Position numbers and translations under genes: made by a program. Under the pieces are notes generated by a model. It was not told where the DNA came from. It saw only the letters and a list, made by a program, of their open reading frames with translations, and did no database searches. DNA of 64,000 bases, taken from IMG/VR virus record IMGVR_UViG_3300049638_000482. One strand, written 5' to 3'. Shown one piece after another: positions 58,861 through 64,000 of the stretch. Numbering within the stretch: position 1 is the first letter of the stretch; each line of letters starts with the position of its first letter. This DNA comes from a virus (taxonomy: Duplodnaviria > Heunggongvirae > Uroviricota > Caudoviricetes).

Positions 58861-59943
58861 ATGGCTACATCAAAAAACAAGAAGAATGATTCTTCGAAGC
58901 CTATGGGCAATACTAAGGAGGAGCTTGGTTATGACCCGGATAAGGGTGTTGGCAAGGTAATTTTCTTCTTCCAGAAGAATCCGTTGTATTTCGTCGTGGC
59001 AATCCTTGTGGTTGTGGCGATAATTGGTGCCATGATGTGGAATGGTGCTTCCAAGCGTAACGCTGAGAAAGCCGAGGAGGATAGAATCACCAGTGAGATT
59101 GATAAGCGGAGGGCAGCTGCTAATCAGGGTACGGATATTGGTAAAGGTACTGACCAGCAGTTGTTGGCATCTCAGGATTCTCTGAAAGAGTCCTATGGTA
59201 ATCCGCCAAATGGATATATCTGGGATTGGGGCGGAGACCTTTTGTCATTGGGTGATACCTCAATGACTTCAGAAGAGGTGTTGTACGCCTACCTCAAGGG
59301 TATTTCCAGTTTGGATTTGGCTACCGTGCGCAAGTACAGTCGTGATTCGTCGGTATACTCCACGTATTCGTCCTATTTTGATAAGGTTAACAATTCGGTC
59401 GAGACTGGTGACAGCGATTTTGGATTCGAGAAGAACCTGTATCGTCAAGCCATGCTTTCATTGCAGGTAGATAGCATTGCCAGTACCACCCTGTTCACTA
59501 ATAACAAGGTGTCGTACACGGTCAATGTGAAGATGCTCGATTACTCGGATAAGACATTTACAGATAGTGCCGAGAATCGTGCCAGTATCTTTGAGACGCT
59601 TGATAAGTACTCTAATTCCGAGGATGATAAGACCAAGGCTAAGCAGTATCTTCAGGATTGGCTCCTCAAGTATTATACGAGTGGCAAAGCCAAGCTGTAT
59701 GACAAGCAAGTGGATATCACCCTTCAGAAGTACCCTGACTTGAATACTGGTTGGCTGGTTAACATTGATAAAGACCTTGATAATAATTTCAAGTATAGCG
59801 ACGGTAATGGGGTCTATAACTATGTGATGGACAATTATCGTGATTGGTACACAGACAAGATTGCCGAGGATTACCAGAAGAAGGCTGATGCAGCTCAGCA
59901 GCAAGCCAATGAAGCTCAGCAGCAATCCAATAACGGGAAGTAG
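58861..59943 (+). CDS. T4SS-associated secreted/membrane-anchored protein
   Basis: N-terminal TM YFVVAILVVVAIIGAMMW plus ~300-aa extracytoplasmic domain. Confidence 0.5.
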   Translation: MATSKNKKNDSSKPMGNTKEELGYDPDKGVGKVIFFFQKNPLYFVVAILVVVAIIGAMMWNGASKRNAEKAEEDRITSEIDKRRAAANQGTDIGKGTDQQLLASQDSLKESYGNPPNGYIWDWGGDLLSLGDTSMTSEEVLYAYLKGISSLDLATVRKYSRDSSVYSTYSSYFDKVNNSVETGDSDFGFEKNLYRQAMLSLQVDSIASTTLFTNNKVSYTVNVKMLDYSDKTFTDSAENRASIFETLDKYSNSEDDKTKAKQYLQDWLLKYYTSGKAKLYDKQVDITLQKYPDLNTGWLVNIDKDLDNNFKYSDGNGVYNYVMDNYRDWYTDKIAEDYQKKADAAQQQANEAQQQSNNGK

Positions 59944-60031
59944 AAGGCCGAAGGGCGAGGGGCGAGACGGCGCTCTGGAGGTTTCAAAGTTAGCTTGTAG
60001 GAAGCCCCCGGGTATTACAGAGGAGGCCGCT

Positions 60032-60478
60032 ATGGCGGGTATTTTGATTGTCATATTCACCATAATCATGGTGTGGTGTTTTGATAACCCTGTGCTCGAT
60101 AGCACAGTGGGTGATATTCTCAGTGATAACATGCTCTCTGATAAGACCACTCCCGGCGACCCGAAGCACCTTAAAGACCTACAGCAGGGTCAGAGTGGGC
60201 AAGGGCAGGGGCAAGGAGGTCAGGGTGGTTTCGGTCAGCCTCAGCCTTCGATGGGTATGTCGATGGGTTCTCCCATGCAGCCCAGCCCGTTTTCCCAGCC
60301 GGGTATTGGTTTTTCTTCTCAGCCTAGCATTGGCGGAGGTTTTCCTATGCAGCAACAGCAGCAAATGCCAGCTCAGCAGCCCGGTGGTACATGGGCTAGT
60401 TTGAAGGTGGGCGACTTCCTTGGTGGGATTTGTGCTGTTGTCCTGATAATCTGTTTGGGTACGTGCATCTTCTCGTAG
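60032..60478 (+). CDS. small membrane protein with Gly/Gln/Met/Pro-rich loop between two TM helices
   Basis: ATG at 60032 with RBS gaggagg. QGQSGQGQGQGGQGGFGQPQPSMGMSMGSPMQPSPFSQPGIGF loop. Confidence 0.5.
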   Translation: MAGILIVIFTIIMVWCFDNPVLDSTVGDILSDNMLSDKTTPGDPKHLKDLQQGQSGQGQGQGGQGGFGQPQPSMGMSMGSPMQPSPFSQPGIGFSSQPSIGGGFPMQQQQQMPAQQPGGTWASLKVGDFLGGICAVVLIICLGTCIFS

Positions 60479-60500
60479 GGCGTAAGGGCGGGTATTTAAA

Positions 60501-63008
60501 ATGTCAGCTTTGGATGATTTTAAAGCACAGAGAGCGTTTAAGAAGAACCCTCCAACGGTTATGCCGGGTATGGAGAGTCCAGCAGGCGGAAGCAATATGG
60601 CGTTTCCAGGAGCTAATTCCCCGTTTGGTCAGTCGGCTCCGGGTGCTCCGCCCAGCCCGTTTGGGCCTCAAGGACCAATGAATACGCCTAGCCCCATGGG
60701 AAGTCCGTTTGGCAGCCCGATGGGAAGTCCATTCGGAAGTCCGATGGGCAGTCCAATGGGAAGTCCGATGGGCAGTCCTTTCAGCAATCCTATGGGTAGC
60801 CCTTTTGGTAACACTGCGCCTAACCCCATCGCGCAGCCGGGTATTCCTCAGCAGGGTGCTGACGTGTCGGAGCAATACAAGAAGGACGCTGTCCCAGCAT
60901 TGCTCGCCGTGTTCCGTGGAGTGACGGGTGCTTTTAGGAATACCTCTAAGTACTCGAATGCTAAGACGGGCTTCCATATCATGGTGGCTGGCGCAGTCGA
61001 AATCGTCATAGGTGTGGTGTTGTTCGTGGCTAATCTGTTCCACGGCGGGTATTTCAATGGCCATGCCGCAGTGACGCTGGGCGGTGTCATTACCAGTATG
61101 GCGGGGCTGGGTATTTGGTATGCGTTCAATAGCAGTGGTGCAGCCGAGCGAGCCAAATACGTGGAAGAGCAGCAGAAGCAGTCGCAAGCCCAAGCCCCGC
61201 AAATGCCAGCTCAGCCCGCCTTCACTCCCCCTGAGACACCTGATTTTTTCGCTAACGCCTCATCAAGCGAGGATGAGGACGATGATGATTGGAACTTCTC
61301 GCTATCAGACGATGAGGACGAAGATGGAGAATCTGCGCCCGTTGAGACCAAAGACCCTGACGAGGTGTTGGAGACTATGCCTACGCTCGATAAGGGTATG
61401 TTTACTCGTCAGTATCTGTGGGAGGCTTACAAGCAGGTTCTTCCTCAGGTCAATCCCAACTTTGGTGACATGAACGAGATTGACGAGGACTCCAGCGAGT
61501 TTGAGGAGTGGGGCACACGAATCACCGAGGCAGCCACAGTAGCAGGTCTCAACATTGAGGACGTGTCCCTCGAGTCCATGTATGAGAACCTTTCCATCTA
61601 TCAGCTTAAGGTGACCCGCCAGTCCGGTGCCTCCTCCAAAGAGAAGGTCATGGTTAGCGAAGTGCTCAACTCCTACAAGATGGATGACATGGGTCGCAGC
61701 ATCCCTGAGCGTTCGGGCGCATTTAGCACCTACAGGGCAGGCCGTGGGTATTTATTCATCACCATTTTCAAGGCCAGCAAATATATGGTGTCTGTTGGTG
61801 ACATCTATAATAAGTGCAGCGACTGGGTGCTTGATACCGATGTCAAGGTGCCATGGGCTTACGGCGTGTCTCAAGACGGGGAAATCTGGAAGGGAGACCT
61901 TCTGGACCTTGATAGCATGATTGTGGCTGGTATGCCTCGCTTCGGTAAGTCTTGGAACATGTTCAGCATCATGCTTCAGATGTGCATGTGGATGTCCCCG
62001 AAGGATTTGAACTTCGAGTGCTACGATGTCAAGGAGGGTATTTCCGAGTATTCGACCTTCACATTGCCGCACCTTAAGCGCTTCGAGTCCGACCCTAAGC
62101 GCGTGGTTGAGCGAATTAAGTATATTGTCAACGTGGAGGGCGCTCGCAGGAAGAAGATTCTCGCTCAATATGGAGTAAAGAAGATTCAAGACCTCCCCGA
62201 GGAAGCTCATCTACCTTACTTGTATATTGTCATCGATGAGATGGTTGGTTTGAATAATGCCATTATCTCGTGGGGCGGCAAAGATGAGCTTAATGTCTAT
62301 AGGGATTGCTTGAACAACCTTATCTCGCAGCTCCCTGCCACGGGTATTCGACCGCTGATGGTTCCTCACCGCATCGTTGATAACATCATTCCTAAGACGG
62401 CTTCCAGCTTGGTGGCTTGCCGCATGACGTTGGGTGCCGATACTGATGATGCTTTGAAGGGCGCTATTGATGAGACTTCAGCCGCCTTCGGGTATTCCCT
62501 GCCGAATAAGGGTGATGCGGCGGCTAAGATTGTCACGATGAATAGCGGCAAGCCGTTCTATTGCCATAGTGCTGTGGTGACCACCAGCGACGAGGATAAT
62601 AAGAAGTTGACGAAGTTCGTTCAGTCGGTGTGGAATCGCATTGAGCCTGACGAGAAGGGCTGGTGGGACACCCACAAGCCAGTGAACGCCGCCGCAAAAG
62701 AGAATGAAGTCGCTTCGGAGGGCGCGGAAGGCGATTCCGAAGGAGATGGAACTTTCGAGGTTTCAGGGGTCTCGGTGAAGAAGGATTCCGAGCCGAAGAA
62801 GGAATACAAGCCTGTTTCCAATTGGGTGCCTTCTAATGAGGAGACGTTCCGCCCGAAGCCAGGAGAGGGTATTACCACCGAGAAAGGTGGTTCCACCGCT
62901 ACTCGAGAGAACACCCGATGGGCTGACAACGATAGCGAGGGTAGTACTCAGAGTGCTAAGGACTCTAAAGAAGATGAGGACCCTTACGACTTCTGGGATA
63001 GCCTTTAG
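60501..63008 (+). CDS. FtsK/SpoIIIE-family coupling ATPase (TcpA/Orf21-like) with low-complexity MGSP-repeat N-terminus and 2 TM helices
   Basis: Walker A VAGMPRFGKSW, Walker B YLYIVIDEM. N-terminal (MGSPFGSP)n. TM helices FHIMVAGAVEIVIGVVLFVANLF and VTLGGVITSMAGLGIWYAF. Acidic linker. Confidence 0.65.
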   Translation: MSALDDFKAQRAFKKNPPTVMPGMESPAGGSNMAFPGANSPFGQSAPGAPPSPFGPQGPMNTPSPMGSPFGSPMGSPFGSPMGSPMGSPMGSPFSNPMGSPFGNTAPNPIAQPGIPQQGADVSEQYKKDAVPALLAVFRGVTGAFRNTSKYSNAKTGFHIMVAGAVEIVIGVVLFVANLFHGGYFNGHAAVTLGGVITSMAGLGIWYAFNSSGAAERAKYVEEQQKQSQAQAPQMPAQPAFTPPETPDFFANASSSEDEDDDDWNFSLSDDEDEDGESAPVETKDPDEVLETMPTLDKGMFTRQYLWEAYKQVLPQVNPNFGDMNEIDEDSSEFEEWGTRITEAATVAGLNIEDVSLESMYENLSIYQLKVTRQSGASSKEKVMVSEVLNSYKMDDMGRSIPERSGAFSTYRAGRGYLFITIFKASKYMVSVGDIYNKCSDWVLDTDVKVPWAYGVSQDGEIWKGDLLDLDSMIVAGMPRFGKSWNMFSIMLQMCMWMSPKDLNFECYDVKEGISEYSTFTLPHLKRFESDPKRVVERIKYIVNVEGARRKKILAQYGVKKIQDLPEEAHLPYLYIVIDEMVGLNNAIISWGGKDELNVYRDCLNNLISQLPATGIRPLMVPHRIVDNIIPKTASSLVACRMTLGADTDDALKGAIDETSAAFGYSLPNKGDAAAKIVTMNSGKPFYCHSAVVTTSDEDNKKLTKFVQSVWNRIEPDEKGWWDTHKPVNAAAKENEVASEGAEGDSEGDGTFEVSGVSVKKDSEPKKEYKPVSNWVPSNEETFRPKPGEGITTEKGGSTATRENTRWADNDSEGSTQSAKDSKEDEDPYDFWDSL
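60696..60810 (+). repeat. 12-15-bp coding tandem repeats (MGSP(F)GSP)n
   Basis: atgggaagtccgttcggcagcccg-like units at the 5' end of the FtsK-like gene. Confidence 0.6.
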
Positions 63009-63093
63009 TTGATGAAATGAGATAAAAGTTGGAAGCCCATCGAGCTGCGGTTCGGTGGGCTTCCTGCTATAATAGATGGTAAGGAGTGTTGTT

Positions 63094-64000
63094 ATGCGCG
63101 TTGATGTTCAGTTGGATGACAGTGAGTTGGCTTTGTTGGCAGGTTATAACCGTTCCACCACCATGGGTATTAAGAAGCCGGGCGAATTGCAGCGGGAGCT
63201 GCTCTCGGATATGGAGAACGTTGAGGAGAAGCGTGAGGTGAAAGCAGTCCCCGAGGAGCAGGGTAAGGACGAGGATACTAAGGAAGCCGCGAGCGCTTTG
63301 GAGGACGAAGCAGAAGAAGTTAAGAGCGCTCCAGTGAGGGTCAGGTCTGACTTCCTTTCCATGTTGTCTGCAATGGCTCAGCCTAATACCCACGAGGATA
63401 AAGACTCGGAGGACTCCGAGGTCGAGGCAGAGGACATGGGTATTCTCCCCGAAGACAACGAGGACGAAGACGAAGAAGATGGGAGTGTCCTCCCCGAAGA
63501 TGAGGACGAAGAAGATGGGAGTGTCCTCCCCGAAGATGAGGACGAAGAAGATGGGAGTGTCCTCCCCGAAGATGAGGACGAAGAAGATGGGAGTGTCCTC
63601 CCCGAAGATGAGGACGAAGAAGATGGGAGCACGCTTCCTGACGATGATGACGAGTATGATGAGGATGATGGAATCCTTCCTGCGGATGAGGACGAGTATG
63701 ATGAGGATGATGGAATCCTTCCTGCGGATGACGAGGATGCTGAGGGTGAGAGTGTAGCTTCTGAGGAGCCCACCGCGGGTATTACTGAGCAGCAAGAAGA
63801 CGAGTATTCTTCAGAGTTGTCAGAAGATGATGACGATGAGGAGTATTCTTCAGAGCTTCCAGAAGACGAGGACGACGAAGAAGACCCCTCAGAGTTTCCA
63901 GCTGACGAGGACGATGAGGAAGATTCCAGCGTTCTGCCTGACGATGATGAAGTTGATTATAGCGTTCTCCCAGATGATGACAGCGAAGAAGATTCCAGCG
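63094..64000 (+). CDS. acidic tandem-repeat protein (3'-truncated by window edge), paralogue of 23076-24620
   Basis: ATG at 63094 with RBS aaggag. Not in the ORF track because no stop occurs before the window end. Encodes EDEDEEDGSVLP x4, DEYDEDDGILPAD x2 and YSSELxEDDDE repeats. The 63067-63795 minus-strand ORF is its shadow. Confidence 0.65.
   Translation, partial: MRVDVQLDDSELALLAGYNRSTTMGIKKPGELQRELLSDMENVEEKREVKAVPEEQGKDEDTKEAASALEDEAEEVKSAPVRVRSDFLSMLSAMAQPNTHEDKDSEDSEVEAEDMGILPEDNEDEDEEDGSVLPEDEDEEDGSVLPEDEDEEDGSVLPEDEDEEDGSVLPEDEDEEDGSTLPDDDDEYDEDDGILPADEDEYDEDDGILPADDEDAEGESVASEEPTAGITEQQEDEYSSELSEDDDDEEYSSELPEDEDDEEDPSEFPADEDDEEDSSVLPDDDEVDYSVLPDDDSEEDSS
63451..63730 (+). repeat. 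36-bp (about 4.5 copies) and 45-bp (2 copies) coding tandem repeats
   Basis: gaagatgaggacgaagaagatgggagtgtcctcccc repeated head-to-tail from 63496, then gacgagtatgatgaggatgatggaatccttcctgcggat x2. Confidence 0.75.

Noticed and set aside
1-64000. GGGTATT as a by-product of a preferred peptide (Gly-Ile) or codon bias
   Set aside because: The heptamer occurs in all three reading frames (GI, GY, RVF/RVL contexts) and in intergenic DNA. Synonymous or near variants such as GGCATT, GGGATC and GGTATC are not enriched. Selection is therefore on the nucleotide word.
1-64000. GGGTATT as an extended -10 promoter element (TGnTAnnnT-like) or ribosome-binding site
   Set aside because: Flanks do not conserve the T required at the TAnnnT position. 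One promoter per ~340 bp inside ORFs is implausible. Genes use ordinary GGAGG-like SD sequences. The four cases where the motif sits 2-5 nt before a start codon (45764, 55408, 56716, 60490) are within chance expectation given the motif density.
1-64000. Strand asymmetry explained solely as avoidance of one orientation (T7-style evasion of a Type III restriction enzyme needing head-to-head sites)
   Set aside because: Avoidance would leave the forward orientation at background (about 4 copies). The forward strand is instead enriched about 50-fold, so positive selection is required. The consequence that a Type III-like enzyme recognising this word could not cut still holds.

Overview
All credible genes in this 64-kb window lie on the + strand. 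Every long minus-strand ORF overlaps a better-supported + gene and is read as a shadow. Shine-Dalgarno sites are GGAGG-like, GC looks moderate to high, and sorting signals are LAxTG, the class E sortase type. The host is therefore most likely an actinobacterium, and the region looks like part of a large conjugative element (megaplasmid or ICE). No relaxase, integrase, tRNA, rRNA, CRISPR array or IS element is visible.

Content from 5' to 3':
- A 5'-truncated LAxTG adhesin, then an operon of a Hanks Ser/Thr kinase, a membrane-anchored disordered protein and a 2,384-aa Ig-like surface protein.
- A flap endonuclease (FEN) and an NfeD-like gene followed by an SPFH/flotillin gene that carries a -1 frameshift.
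- About ten hypothetical genes, several with extremely acidic tandem repeats.
- A Lys-rich monocistronic gene, a membrane-anchored basic protein and a DnaX-like clamp-loader ATPase.
- A 3,039-aa LAxTG surface protein with thrombospondin type-3 (TSP3) Ca-binding repeats.
- A Gram-positive (Tn916/pCW3-like) type IV secretion module at 42.3-63 kb: a VirB4-like ATPase, a giant VirB6-like polytopic protein, an NlpC/P60 hydrolase and an FtsK/SpoIIIE-like coupling ATPase.

The most striking signal is the heptamer GGGTATT. I counted about 190 copies on the + strand against 3 copies of its reverse complement, where about 4 per strand would be expected by chance. It occurs in all three reading frames and in intergenic DNA, so it is a DNA-level (or transcript-level) polar signal, not a protein motif. 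Its spacing looks more even than random.
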